Notes: generated from the letters alone by a model not told the origin. A stretch of 64,000 nt of DNA from Tetramitus jugosus (GCA_937625935.1 OW569359.1:248001-312000); one strand, 5' to 3'. Counted from the first letter of the stretch, positions 44,208 to 54,889 are shown. A program made the numbers and translations.

Positions 44208-45082
44208 TCACTCAACATTTATTTCTTGTCTGAACCTTCTCTGAGTATTGGATGGCATCTCACTTCTTCTTTGTGCCTCCATGAGCTGGTTCATAATCAT
44301 GTTACTTTTTAGTTCATTCAACTTTTTTGTTTCTGCTACTTTCTTCTTGGCTTCGACCATGCGCTTCACAGAGTGTTCCTCTTGTACTCGTTCAGTATCA
44401 GCAACCAAGTCAACTGAAAAAGGAGATTTTGAGAGCCGTTTCCTCCACTGAAGAGCTCTCTTCTTTTTGTACAATTCTTCCTGAGCAATAATCTTTTCTC
44501 GCTCTATTTCATAGCCTTGTTTCAATTTCACTCTCTGACTGTTTCTGAATGAGTTTATCTGTTCTGTCTTCACCTTCTCTACATGTGCTCTTGCTTCTCT
44601 GTGCTGTCTTCGACGCTCAAGTTCTTCTACACTGTCAAATCGGGGCGCAATACTCTTCGTTGGAGAATTGTGCCTCTTGTTGTTGGATGTCCTTGTCGTC
44701 GTTGGTCTACTTTTACTAGTATGGATACAGGTTACATTAATAAGCAAATAGCTACTATCAGTTGTTCATGTTCATCAAAAACTTACACTGGTGACTTAGC
44801 GCTTGGGTTGCGTTTCAGAGGACTGTGTTTGAATCGATCATCCCGAGACTTACTCGAATGAACACTCCTAGGATGTTGTTCAATATTGTCCACATATTCA
44901 TACTTGTCAGGATAACTAGTGTCTTGATGTGGAACTGATGGCTGGGTCGTCGGGGTATGAGGACCACCATCGTTTTTGCTCGATTGAACATTAGTGGAGC
45001 CTTCCGAGACTGTTACTACTTCTTTGTTTGGTTCTTCAAGCGTTTGATCTTGAACAGATGACTCTTCTTGACTGTTGGACAT
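44208..45082 (-). CDS. Hypothetical basic coiled-coil protein; 2 exons
   Basis: In-frame intron 44716-44786 (GTAAGT..TAG). Charged helix with a QWRKRLSKSPFSVDLVADTERVQEE block. Confidence 0.65.
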
Positions 45083-45232
45083 GTCAGTTATCAAAACGGT
45101 TGTTACCTTAGATCTCTTCAATATTGTTTGTAGAACCTTGGGCGGAGACGACGGAGAAAAACGGAAACGTTAGCGCCTTTCTGCGTCAATCACCGAATGT
45201 CTTTCCCGAAAGTTATCAATATACTGGCAAAC

Positions 45233-46228
45233 TTAATAATTCGATGCAATGAGTGCTAGGGATGAAGATGGTTTGTTGCCTTGGTTGTCTTCTTTCATGC
45301 GTCCAGGAGCCTTCTTCGTTGGTTGCACAGTATTGGTGGAAGAAGAAGGTGAATTTACCTCGATTTGATCCATGATGGAAGTCTGGATTTTGTTCAACGA
45401 AGTCTTGTTCTTCTTACGAAGCGTATTTACAGCGCGATTGATCTTTGCAATCTTGTTCCTTTTGGTGGATGCTACTTCATCCTGGCGTGCACTACTTCGT
45501 TTGGATAGTCTGTAAAATGTTGTTTGCTGTGCCAGAGATGAGTCTTGCATGTTCATTGGCAATAGTTGAACATCTTTACGAACATTTCCATACGTACGAT
45601 CAAACGCTTGCTCTTCCTGAGCGACATGATTTCGCATCTGTCTGTGCTGTTTCCGAATCTCATAACTGTTGTCAAACGAATTGTCCCAATTCTTCTCCTG
45701 CAGTTTTTGTAAGCTTCCCAATGTCTTGTGTATGTCGCTTCCCGCACCAAACTGTAGCTCATCACTCCGTTTTGTTTCTAATTGAAACATGGGATCACTC
45801 GCTATTTTCATTGCTTGTTCTTGTGTCATGACTCGATGAACATCGTCCACTTCGCGTTCAGGCGCTTCAGATCTCCGTTTTGCACCATGTGTCACCTCAT
45901 AACACGCTCCTTCTACATCTGTTTTCATTCGGATTTCATTGGAACAACTGGGACATTTCATTTGAAATTGCCAAACATCAATATCGTCATACAATTTACC
46001 TATAGATTGCTTCTCGGCATTGAAGCGAGTACCAGCACCGAGTAATACTTGACATTTGCTGCACCAGACACTGAATGGAAGTGCAAAGCGAACAATGAGA
46101 ATTCCTTCGGTTTTCAAGTGTTTGGCACGATCTCTTAATGGATGACTGTTACGATAGGTGTTGATGGAACCGTGTTTGGGCTCCCATTCTGGTGGATAGT
46201 ACTTGTTTGTTGCTTTTCGATCCGCCAT
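45233..46228 (-). CDS. YJU2B: Splicing factor YJU2B/CCDC130 (Saf4/Yju2 family)
   Basis: MADRKATNKYYPPEW..HGSIN..HPLRDRA..ILIVRFALPFSVWCSKC..RFNAEK..KCPSC. Confidence 0.93.
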   Translation of the reverse strand: MADRKATNKYYPPEWEPKHGSINTYRNSHPLRDRAKHLKTEGILIVRFALPFSVWCSKCQVLLGAGTRFNAEKQSIGKLYDDIDVWQFQMKCPSCSNEIRMKTDVEGACYEVTHGAKRRSEAPEREVDDVHRVMTQEQAMKIASDPMFQLETKRSDELQFGAGSDIHKTLGSLQKLQEKNWDNSFDNSYEIRKQHRQMRNHVAQEEQAFDRTYGNVRKDVQLLPMNMQDSSLAQQTTFYRLSKRSSARQDEVASTKRNKIAKINRAVNTLRKKNKTSLNKIQTSIMDQIEVNSPSSSTNTVQPTKKAPGRMKEDNQGNKPSSSLALIASNY

Positions 46229-46375
46229 TGTGTTTTCTTTGTTTTCTTGAAGCTGAGCGGGACGGAGGAAAGAAATGTTGCCGCCCTTTTCCATCTACTT
46301 GCAACGGCAAACTGGTGCAATCTGTCATCGTTTTCCCATGCATGAAAGTCACTCAAAGAAAAAAATTCGTTATCT

Positions 46376-48178
46376 ATGATGCCCAATTCGACAATGGATC
46401 AATTTTCGAATTTCAGTAATACTGTAAAAGTAACGCTGGGTGGTGACACGACGACGACTGGAATGGGGGACTTGAGTCATTTGTCTGCCATTACTTTCGG
46501 TTCACGCCGTTCCAGCAATTCTGAACCCACCAATGTTCTCAATAATAATCCCATCCTAAATGAACATGTACCTCTCTCGAATGATCCCTCAAACCTAGGT
46601 ACTCGAAAGAGGGCCAACAGCAGAGATGAGTTCCAATCTTTGTACATGAATCGATCTAGCTTTATTCGGGCTCAACCAACATTTTCTTCTTCATCATTTG
46701 GTTCAAAACACGGCCAGAGTGATGATCAGATTGACCGAAGTTCGACGAGTCCGAACAGAGTACACACCACTCGAGGCGGGAATGAGAAGAGCATACTACA
46801 GGATTCAGTTGTCATGTCATTATCAATGGCGGATCGACGATCTTATGAACTAAAGATTAGAGAATTAGAGAGAAGAAATGCAGAGTTATCAGAAATGTTG
46901 GTCGTGACAAAGAAGAATGAACAACATGCTAAATCATCTGCATCCAATGAATCTGAATTGAATCGACAGTTAAGAGAAATTAATCAAAGATTGAGTGCGA
47001 CAGTATCCACTCAAATTCATCAAATGGATACGCTAGATCGAGAGATCACCTCCAAGGTGTCCCTATTAGAATCCAAGCAGAGTATGATACTAGGCTTAGA
47101 GAAGAAAATTGAGGAATTATCAACCAACAAGAGTGAAGAGCTTAATGATCTCAAAAAGAAGCTCAAGAGGGCTTCAATCGAAATTCAAAAGTTAAGGCAG
47201 TCACAAAGTGAAAGCAAAGTAGATGAATACCAACAAAGTAATATGCTCGAAGAGAAAAACAATGCCATTACTCAGTTGAAACAATCTATCGAATCATTGA
47301 AATTCTCCAACGAAAACTTGGAATCGAGGATAGCCAGGATTCAGGAGGAAAATACAACTTTGAGAAATCACAACATGAACCTAGCCGATGAAACAGCAAG
47401 AGCAAAAATTGACAGAGAACAGATTCAACATCAATTAACTCAAGCCCAAGAGGAGTTCAAGGAGTTCGAGAAAGAATTTGACAAAATTAAAACGAAATAT
47501 GATGAATTTCTCATTACATACACAACAATGCTGGAGGACAACAAAACCTTAAAGAAAGAGATATCGAAGAAAGAAAGAAGAATAGAAAGTTTGGAAGAAC
47601 ATGTTGCCTTACAAACCAAAGATCAAAACTATTTGTACCATCAGATTGAAGTTCTGAAAGAACAACAGCAAGAGCTCATTCTTATCCAAGAAGAGAAGAA
47701 ACGAAAAGAGAAATATAGAACTATGGATAAGTACGAGGCAGTTGTTCATCGGAATGCACAAAAGGGAGACGCACGAGGTTCGAAGAGCCCAGTTTATTTA
47801 ATTTCTCCACAAAGAGAATCTTCTAGACATGAAGAATGCAAAAGATCGACTTCTCCAGCACAAACGAGGTGCGAGCAGTTAGCAGATGGGGTCAGCGATG
47901 ATCAATCGAATGTAAATAGTGATTCATCCGTTCAGGACGCTGAATACATCAAGAAGCGTCTGTTAACAGAGAGGAAGCGCGTCGAACTCAAAAACATTGA
48001 GATTGCAGGTCTTAAGGAAATGCTCTATCAATCGATGAAGAGCAATGAAAACAACCGTCCACTGATCAGTAATAGCTCTCGATCACAAATTCAACACGGT
48101 GAATACTCCAACTCTAGCCCACAAGGTTCGACGTCATCGCTTGTTGACTCCACTAGACGAGTGAAGGAAGTGCGGTAA
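46376..48178 (+). CDS. Long coiled-coil protein of unknown function
   Basis: 600-aa ORF with a Ser-rich head and about 300 aa of heptad-rich E/K/Q/L sequence. Confidence 0.8.
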   Translation: MMPNSTMDQFSNFSNTVKVTLGGDTTTTGMGDLSHLSAITFGSRRSSNSEPTNVLNNNPILNEHVPLSNDPSNLGTRKRANSRDEFQSLYMNRSSFIRAQPTFSSSSFGSKHGQSDDQIDRSSTSPNRVHTTRGGNEKSILQDSVVMSLSMADRRSYELKIRELERRNAELSEMLVVTKKNEQHAKSSASNESELNRQLREINQRLSATVSTQIHQMDTLDREITSKVSLLESKQSMILGLEKKIEELSTNKSEELNDLKKKLKRASIEIQKLRQSQSESKVDEYQQSNMLEEKNNAITQLKQSIESLKFSNENLESRIARIQEENTTLRNHNMNLADETARAKIDREQIQHQLTQAQEEFKEFEKEFDKIKTKYDEFLITYTTMLEDNKTLKKEISKKERRIESLEEHVALQTKDQNYLYHQIEVLKEQQQELILIQEEKKRKEKYRTMDKYEAVVHRNAQKGDARGSKSPVYLISPQRESSRHEECKRSTSPAQTRCEQLADGVSDDQSNVNSDSSVQDAEYIKKRLLTERKRVELKNIEIAGLKEMLYQSMKSNENNRPLISNSSRSQIQHGEYSNSSPQGSTSSLVDSTRRVKEVR

Positions 48179-48180
48179 AG

Positions 48181-48654
48181 TCATTTTGAATCTTGAATTG
48201 CGGCGACTCCAGTCCTGCGACGAGGACGATCCTGGTTACCAGTTGGTAAGCTCTGTGCATTCCGACCACCTACCATTCGAGGTGGATTACTTTGCACAAG
48301 ATTACTCTCGTTCTCACTCAACGACAACACATCATCCTCTGACACAAAATGCAGAGATCTCACAGATTGCATATAATGCATCGTATAAATACCCAATAGT
48401 CTAGAGTATGGAAACGCATACTTTAGCAGCAACAACTCGTATAAATATTGGAAAATCTTTAGTGATCCGTTTCTGCGACTACTCTGTTTTTCATTGGCAA
48501 TCGCTTGTTTCAATGCTGAGGACTGCTGTGGATTCATGATCAGCGCATGAAAGAATCTGTACATGTGATAGGCAATGCGGTTGGGATGAAACCACGTGTA
48601 TTGCAACATGTGTTTTCCCTCGGCTGAATCGAGAGACTCCTGAGTCAATATCAT
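48181..48654 (-). CDS. Orphan 157-aa protein
   Basis: ATG-initiated ORF filling the gap between two genes; protein-like composition; no recognised domain. Confidence 0.5.
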   Translation of the reverse strand: MILTQESLDSAEGKHMLQYTWFHPNRIAYHMYRFFHALIMNPQQSSALKQAIANEKQSSRRNGSLKIFQYLYELLLLKYAFPYSRLLGIYTMHYMQSVRSLHFVSEDDVLSLSENESNLVQSNPPRMVGGRNAQSLPTGNQDRPRRRTGVAAIQDSK

Positions 48655-48729
48655 TGCCTCTCTTTGATCTCGAGTGATTTTTTAACTTCGGTTTTTGTGT
48701 TGTGTGAATTTATGTACAAAACGAAAAAG

Positions 48730-50544
48730 TTACTTTTGATGTGCTTGTTCCTGCTCAACCAGATTCTTGACGTCTTCTTCTGCTTGTTCCCTCGGTGTGA
48801 GAGGACGCGAGCTGTCTCTCTCACTGGGAGCTGATGACCGAACGAGATTTTGTGGTATTGGTGGAAGTTTAACGTTTCTGTTCGGGAACATTTTGAGTCC
48901 ATCCAGCTTCTTCTCAAACTGCATATGAGATGAGAAGAAGGTATTGCTGTGATGAACAACAATCTCACCTTTTGAATTGACACGGAATGACATCTTGGGA
49001 TCGACACCTACTGCGATGTAACTCGTGCAATCGGTAGCTCTATTTCCCCACCCTGCTACAAATGGATTCTCATCGAATAGAGAACCAATGAAACGCAAGA
49101 TGGATATCTTGAATGTTTCTGGTCGCCGAATAATAACCTCACGTGCTAGTGCGCTCCAAGTAGTGTTTGGAGTCGTGATGACTGGTGCGATTGGCATTGT
49201 GAAATTTCCCTGCTTCACATTCTCAATGTATTCGCGAGTCATTTGTCCATCAGTGATTGGTCTCGCAGTCAAATACAGCAATCGATAACCTCTCGCAACA
49301 ATCTTTGTAAATAAACTAGGTATTCCAGGGTGTGTATAGTCTCTGCCCAAACGAGAGAAAATCTGACCCAAGATATCAGACTTTGTAATCGTTCCGTCTA
49401 CGTCAGAAATCACACACTTGTCTTGGGAGTCCCACAGAAACAATCTACCTTCGATTTTCTCTCCCATACACTCATAAGTGATGCGAGTTCTCTCCTTGGT
49501 CAGATTCAACTTTTGCAAGAAGGAATCATGTGGAACGAGTTTGTCATAGGGACGCGTCTCATTATCAATCGATTCCAACCATGAATCAAAGAAACCTCTT
49601 TGCTGTTGCGTCGGTTGACTTGTTGTGCTACCTCCACTCGATTTTCTCTGCAATGTTGATCGATCATAGTAACTTCCTGAACCTCTGCTGCTGCTACTGC
49701 TCGTACTGCTGTTGCTATTGTGACGGTTCAAACTACTTGAAGTTCGATCGCGATTGATGTTGTTGCCATGATCATCGTATTGAGTTCTACTCTTATTTGT
49801 CGTCGTATAATAAACCGAAGACGAGCCATTATATCCATCATCGTCACCACTATTGTCGTTATCATCATCATGATAACTGCTATAAACAGAACTTTGACTG
49901 CTTCTCTTCCTTGTGTTCAATCGTTCATCATCGCTCTCATCAACATCATTCTCACTGTGATCATCTTCATCCAACAATCCAGACTCCACAGCAGACATGA
50001 AACTACCACTCGTATCATCATCCATATCCAACAATTTTCCAATTTTCTGTTCTTTGACATGTTCACTACTACTCTTCCTCTTGTTCAGCTTTGTCATCTC
50101 AAGGTCAAAACTATTACTACTACTACTACTACTCCTACTCCTGCGCCGACTATTCCTTTCAACATCATTGTCATACTGATCACCTTCATCATCATCGCAC
50201 TCTCTATACTCATAACCATCTTCAATCGACTTGTCATCAACATAGGTCTCAATCAACGAATCAGATGCAGATGGGGGTGGAGGCAATCGTTTTCTTCTGC
50301 GCTTAAACACGCAATATTGCTCGTCTTTGTCCAACACGAGAAACGTGTCATGATCAGCAGCATTGTTGTTTAGCACCTGCATGATGCTGCGAGAAGGTGA
50401 GTCATCAAACGATAATGGTACACCGTCGATTGAGATACGAACGAGTAGAGTTCGTGGTGCTCTCTGATTGAATCGAACAACAAATGGACTGCTCTTGAGA
50501 GTGCCATCTCTTTGTTTGACTACAATGACATCGACACAGGACAT
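48730..50544 (-). CDS. PAH1: Lipin / phosphatidate phosphatase (Pah1)
   Basis: N-LIP DVIVVKQRDGTLKSSPFVVRF; C-LIP HAD motif ISDVDGTITKSD, LYLTAR, REVI..RPETFKI and GWGNRATD. Confidence 0.95.
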   Translation of the reverse strand: MSCVDVIVVKQRDGTLKSSPFVVRFNQRAPRTLLVRISIDGVPLSFDDSPSRSIMQVLNNNAADHDTFLVLDKDEQYCVFKRRRKRLPPPPSASDSLIETYVDDKSIEDGYEYRECDDDEGDQYDNDVERNSRRRSRSSSSSSNSFDLEMTKLNKRKSSSEHVKEQKIGKLLDMDDDTSGSFMSAVESGLLDEDDHSENDVDESDDERLNTRKRSSQSSVYSSYHDDDNDNSGDDDGYNGSSSVYYTTTNKSRTQYDDHGNNINRDRTSSSLNRHNSNSSTSSSSSRGSGSYYDRSTLQRKSSGGSTTSQPTQQQRGFFDSWLESIDNETRPYDKLVPHDSFLQKLNLTKERTRITYECMGEKIEGRLFLWDSQDKCVISDVDGTITKSDILGQIFSRLGRDYTHPGIPSLFTKIVARGYRLLYLTARPITDGQMTREYIENVKQGNFTMPIAPVITTPNTTWSALAREVIIRRPETFKISILRFIGSLFDENPFVAGWGNRATDCTSYIAVGVDPKMSFRVNSKGEIVVHHSNTFFSSHMQFEKKLDGLKMFPNRNVKLPPIPQNLVRSSAPSERDSSRPLTPREQAEEDVKNLVEQEQAHQK

Positions 50545-51182
50545 TATGAGATTCTTTTTCTTCCGTGTGGGGGATGGATCACAATTAGTAAAGATTGGAA
50601 GCTTACTGTTTTTGTTAGTGCAACAAGCCAGAAATGAAGAGAGGGAGTTTTCGTCTCACATAAACAAAAAATAGTTTTCAGAAGCGAAGCATTTTTCCGA
50701 CAGAAAAAGAAGGAATAGCTTCTGGGCAACAAATGCAGACCGTGTGTATGAAGGGACCAATGATCATTCATGGTGGCATCCAGAGGAGATATCTTGCAAA
50801 TCGAACGGTGAAGCAAGACCGAAAATTGGATCACCAGTGAAGTTTTTCATTCTATCACTGTTCTCACATTGGTTCGTGACACTTGGAACTGCTCGATCAA
50901 CTTGTATCCCATACAAACAGGATTCGCATGCGAAAGCGTTCCAAGAACACAACATGTGAACTGAACGGTATTTTTGTTGAAAAATTGCTATAAGAGTTGT
51001 TGAAAGGACAATACAACGGATATCCGATAAATTTAGAGCAACAAATCATCGTCTCACACAAAAAATTCCTTTCCAGATCTATCAACAGGAACTGGGTACC
51101 CCCAGTATACAATATTTAAAAAAAAGAAATGGTTGTCTGAAGTCAACCAAAAACTCAACCAAAACAAAAACAATACAACAAC

Positions 51183-53126
51183 ATGAAGAAGATTGTTATT
51201 GGTATCAGTATTGCACTGCTCCTTTTTGCCTCACTCGTGGCCCAAGCATATTCACAGGGAGCACAACCAGACACAACAATCAATTGGCAGACATGTCCTG
51301 AACAAACACCCAAGGACAATAGTCAGTCTACAGGAGCAACTCTGTCAAAGATGCTCAATGAATGGAAGAACTCTATTCAAAGAAAACTGAATGAAAAGAA
51401 GTACCTGAACGATCTGGAGAGAACTGAATTGGTCGAGAAACTGAAACAGATTCATGAACACAGTAAGCGATTAGAACTCATGCCAGACACTGTTCCCCAG
51501 TTCAATCAACAAGATGTGCAGCAAGGACAACAAGATCTTCTCAACGTACGGTCTACTGCAAAGACTGCTGAGGCTGTAGTGGAATGTGCTCTTATTGGTG
51601 TTCCATTGGTGTACAACAGTTCATCAGACACAACAAAGATTGAGTATTTTGTCAAGAGATGGAGAGTACCAGGTAGAACTCCAAAGGGTCAACTATGGTT
51701 GTTACAAGGAGGACCAGGTGCACCAGGTACTGTGTTTGATGGTGTCTCTAGAGCATTCCAGCAATATTTAAATGAAGATTATGATGTCTATGCACCTGAT
51801 TTCCGAGGAACAGGACGAAGTACATTCCTTTCGTGCTCTAACGGTGTCAGTTTGGAGAGTACCGACTCGAGCAAGGTTCAAAGTTGCGCGGCGCAGATTA
51901 AAGCTCAGTATGGATCAAATGGACTTTATGGTTTCGGTACTACTCAAGCTGCAAATGATGTCATTACAGTCCGTCGACTTGCCAAACAAAGTAACAACGA
52001 ACTGCTAGCTGTATATGGTGTATCATACGGTACATACTTGCTCAACAGAATACTTCAACTCTATCCAAATGAAGTCGACACTACTATTTTCGATTCTGTT
52101 GTTCAAGTCGATATGAGCTTCACTGACAGAGATGACCAATTCAATGAAGCGGGAGATCGATATATTGAAGTGTGCAAGGCCAGTAGCTCATGCAACGGTA
52201 GATTCCAAAGGGAATTTGGGCAAGACGTTGACACTGTCTTGCTACAAGTCTTCAAGAAACAAGCTGGTTCAGACGCTTGTCATGGAACTGTTTTCACACC
52301 TGATGCGATCACACAATTCAATGCGATCGTCCTAGCCAATAAGGATCTGAGGAGAATCGTATTCCCAATCATATTCAGGCTCAATCGATGTGGATCTCAA
52401 GATCAACAATGGTTGACCAATGTGGGAAGAGTGTTTACTCAACTCCAGAGTTCATCAACTCAAAGTATTGATGGTCCTGCTTCAGATAGTGGTGATATTT
52501 TTATTAATGTTGTCTCTGGAGAGTTAACCACGTACCCTATAACAACAACAGCACAAGAGTGGATTAACAAGTACAGCATACAACCACCATACTTTTGGGC
52601 AAACTTCAGTCCATCATTCACCCAGACAGCTCTGGCAATGGAGAGCGTTCGATACACGGATCCTCTGTCACACACTTATGCAAATCAACATACAAAGCCG
52701 GTGTTAACAATGCAAGGCACATTGGATCCTCAAACTCCGTACTCCTTTGTCGAAGCCTGGAATCAGCACTACAACCGAGATAACAACTATTTTGTTAGTT
52801 TCCCGAATGCAGTTCATGCAACAGCATTCAGTACTCCAACTTCCTCTCAGACTCAATTCATTAACAATTATTGTGGAAGTGTGGTGATGCTAGAATTTAT
52901 CAAGAATAACAATGGAGTTACCACCAGTTGTGTATCACAAACTGAGGATGCTACTTTTAACTTTAACGTCCTCCCACAATCTGTAGCTGCTATGACAGGA
53001 GGTTTGCCGCTGTGGGATGATAGTGGAACAAGACCAACAGTATCACCCAGCGGTAGTAGCAATGCTGTTCGAGCTTCCATGCCTGTGGTCGCAGTGTTGA
53101 TGTCTGTTATTCTCCTTTTATTGTAA
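51183..53126 (+). CDS. Secreted, probably GPI-anchored alpha/beta-hydrolase serine peptidase (S33, TAP/Hip1-like)
   Basis: Signal peptide; LLQGGPG oxyanion motif, PDFRGTGRS, nucleophile GVSYG, GTLDPQTP (Asp), AVHA (His); C-terminal SGSSNA followed by a hydrophobic tail. Confidence 0.88.
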   Translation: MKKIVIGISIALLLFASLVAQAYSQGAQPDTTINWQTCPEQTPKDNSQSTGATLSKMLNEWKNSIQRKLNEKKYLNDLERTELVEKLKQIHEHSKRLELMPDTVPQFNQQDVQQGQQDLLNVRSTAKTAEAVVECALIGVPLVYNSSSDTTKIEYFVKRWRVPGRTPKGQLWLLQGGPGAPGTVFDGVSRAFQQYLNEDYDVYAPDFRGTGRSTFLSCSNGVSLESTDSSKVQSCAAQIKAQYGSNGLYGFGTTQAANDVITVRRLAKQSNNELLAVYGVSYGTYLLNRILQLYPNEVDTTIFDSVVQVDMSFTDRDDQFNEAGDRYIEVCKASSSCNGRFQREFGQDVDTVLLQVFKKQAGSDACHGTVFTPDAITQFNAIVLANKDLRRIVFPIIFRLNRCGSQDQQWLTNVGRVFTQLQSSSTQSIDGPASDSGDIFINVVSGELTTYPITTTAQEWINKYSIQPPYFWANFSPSFTQTALAMESVRYTDPLSHTYANQHTKPVLTMQGTLDPQTPYSFVEAWNQHYNRDNNYFVSFPNAVHATAFSTPTSSQTQFINNYCGSVVMLEFIKNNNGVTTSCVSQTEDATFNFNVLPQSVAAMTGGLPLWDDSGTRPTVSPSGSSNAVRASMPVVAVLMSVILLLL

Positions 53127-53203
53127 ATAAATACGATCAGATTTGCTCATCCTTGTTTTGTCTTGTATTTGATTGTTCGCGCCATTTCCACAAAATCAAA
53201 AAA

Positions 53204-54889
53204 ATGATAAGGAACAAGAACAGCTTGGTATCACTGTTGCACAGGAAATCACTACGACGTCGGTGGTGCTCCCTTACACCACTTGTTCACCAGCAACATT
53301 TATCATCTTGTTGCTGCATCCAGCAGCGGTTCTACCATGATGGTCCAAATGACTTGTCGACTGCCTTGGAAACAAGACCTACTCGATACAATTATTTGGA
53401 CCACAACAACTCTCACAACACTCACAACAACACAAGCAGAAGAACAATCAAACAACAAACAAATACGATCACCACCAATAATAGTAGTAACAGTAATCGT
53501 AATAGCAGTGATTATTATGAAAGGCTAGTGAGTGATGCAATGATCCATGCATCTTCAAATGTGAAACAAATTATTGAGTCGATACCTAATCATGTTCATT
53601 TATCGCCCAGTGCTCAAAATTTGATGATTCAAGTGCTCGCTTCTCGAAAACATGCGACTCTTGCATGGAAATTCTTTAAAAAATGCATGGATCAAAATGA
53701 AATTTCAATATTGACGCCAATGACGTTTAGTACTGTGTTGAGAGCTCTGTTGTGCGCATCCATGATCAAGGAATTGCAAGAGTCAATGCCCTATATTGCT
53801 CAACTGCAAACAACCAATTTTGAATTGGCCAATATTTTTGTCGCATTGATTGATGGATATTCTAGTATGGATCGATTTGATCAATGTGTGGCAGTGTTCA
53901 AGAGTATTGATCCCATGGTAGTGCACAATGAAGTGCTACAGAGCTTGACCAATGCATTTGTACAGAACGAGGTTAAAATGTTTTATACGCGGGAGAGCTC
54001 ACAGTTTAGCTCTGTTGAATATTCATCCATTGAAACGATACTTGCACTGATGAACTCAAAGAGCAGTACACTGCCGATTGCTATTCTCATGACCATTCTG
54101 CAAATGTTTGAACGGTTGCCTTACACGAATGGAAATCGCGAAACATTTACCAGATTGTTGAAGGAGTATGTTCTGCCATTGAAAACCCATGATCCATCAG
54201 TTATGATGCAAGTTTACAACATTTATGCACTGTGGCCTCATGATTGTTTGGAAGAGATGTTGGAATGGGATAGCGATCCGAATTGGAATTCAATCGTATC
54301 CACATTGCTCAACAATCATCGCTTGGCGCACATCAATACCGTTCTGGCTCACATGGAAAGGAATCACCTCGGTATGAAGTATCCAATGCTATCCATGATT
54401 GTTTCATTCTTTGCAAATAGTCCTCGGTATGTGTCAACTACACTTCGACTGCTCGAAGAGTTCAGGACCAAGTATGGTTTCTTCTGCACAACAGCACTCT
54501 TTAATTCCCTTCTGCGATCCTATATTGAAACTGCACGCAGCATGAAGGAAGTAGACCAATTCGTTAATGATTTTACTGCACAGCATGAAATTGAAACAGA
54601 TTGGACGACAAGTTATCTTATGCTCAGCGCCCACATCAAACTAAGTTCAGCAGACGATGTTGCTCAATACATGAGGCGAATTAAAGGAGAAGGGTTCATG
54701 TTGACGTCGCAGTCAGCGAATCCACTCCTGCAATTGTTATGCGATCAAGATCAAGACCAATTGATCCAACTCCTTCTACATCAGCTCGAAAGCATCGATC
54801 ATATGACTCGCACAATCATTATGGGTCACTATTCTCGCAAGAAACAAGCTCACATAGCCAAACAATTGCTCTCTGAACACTATCGATAA
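53204..54889 (+). CDS. Degenerate pentatricopeptide-repeat (P-class) protein, probably mitochondrial
   Basis: Basic presequence-like N-terminus; PPR-like helices QNLMIQVLA, FSTVLRAL, FVALIDGYS..DQCVAVFKSI and FNSLLRSY. Confidence 0.65.
   Translation: MIRNKNSLVSLLHRKSLRRRWCSLTPLVHQQHLSSCCCIQQRFYHDGPNDLSTALETRPTRYNYLDHNNSHNTHNNTSRRTIKQQTNTITTNNSSNSNRNSSDYYERLVSDAMIHASSNVKQIIESIPNHVHLSPSAQNLMIQVLASRKHATLAWKFFKKCMDQNEISILTPMTFSTVLRALLCASMIKELQESMPYIAQLQTTNFELANIFVALIDGYSSMDRFDQCVAVFKSIDPMVVHNEVLQSLTNAFVQNEVKMFYTRESSQFSSVEYSSIETILALMNSKSSTLPIAILMTILQMFERLPYTNGNRETFTRLLKEYVLPLKTHDPSVMMQVYNIYALWPHDCLEEMLEWDSDPNWNSIVSTLLNNHRLAHINTVLAHMERNHLGMKYPMLSMIVSFFANSPRYVSTTLRLLEEFRTKYGFFCTTALFNSLLRSYIETARSMKEVDQFVNDFTAQHEIETDWTTSYLMLSAHIKLSSADDVAQYMRRIKGEGFMLTSQSANPLLQLLCDQDQDQLIQLLLHQLESIDHMTRTIIMGHYSRKKQAHIAKQLLSEHYR

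Noticed and set aside
28191-50544. Lipid gene cluster (KCS, PEX6, lipin)
   Set aside because: Genes are about 6-10 kb apart, separated by unrelated genes, and share no specific pathway.
50690-51120. Short ORFs or an ncRNA in the lipin / S33 divergent gap, including the palindrome CGGATATCCG at 51017
   Set aside because: No convincing start, splice model or RNA-family signature; a small gene cannot be excluded.
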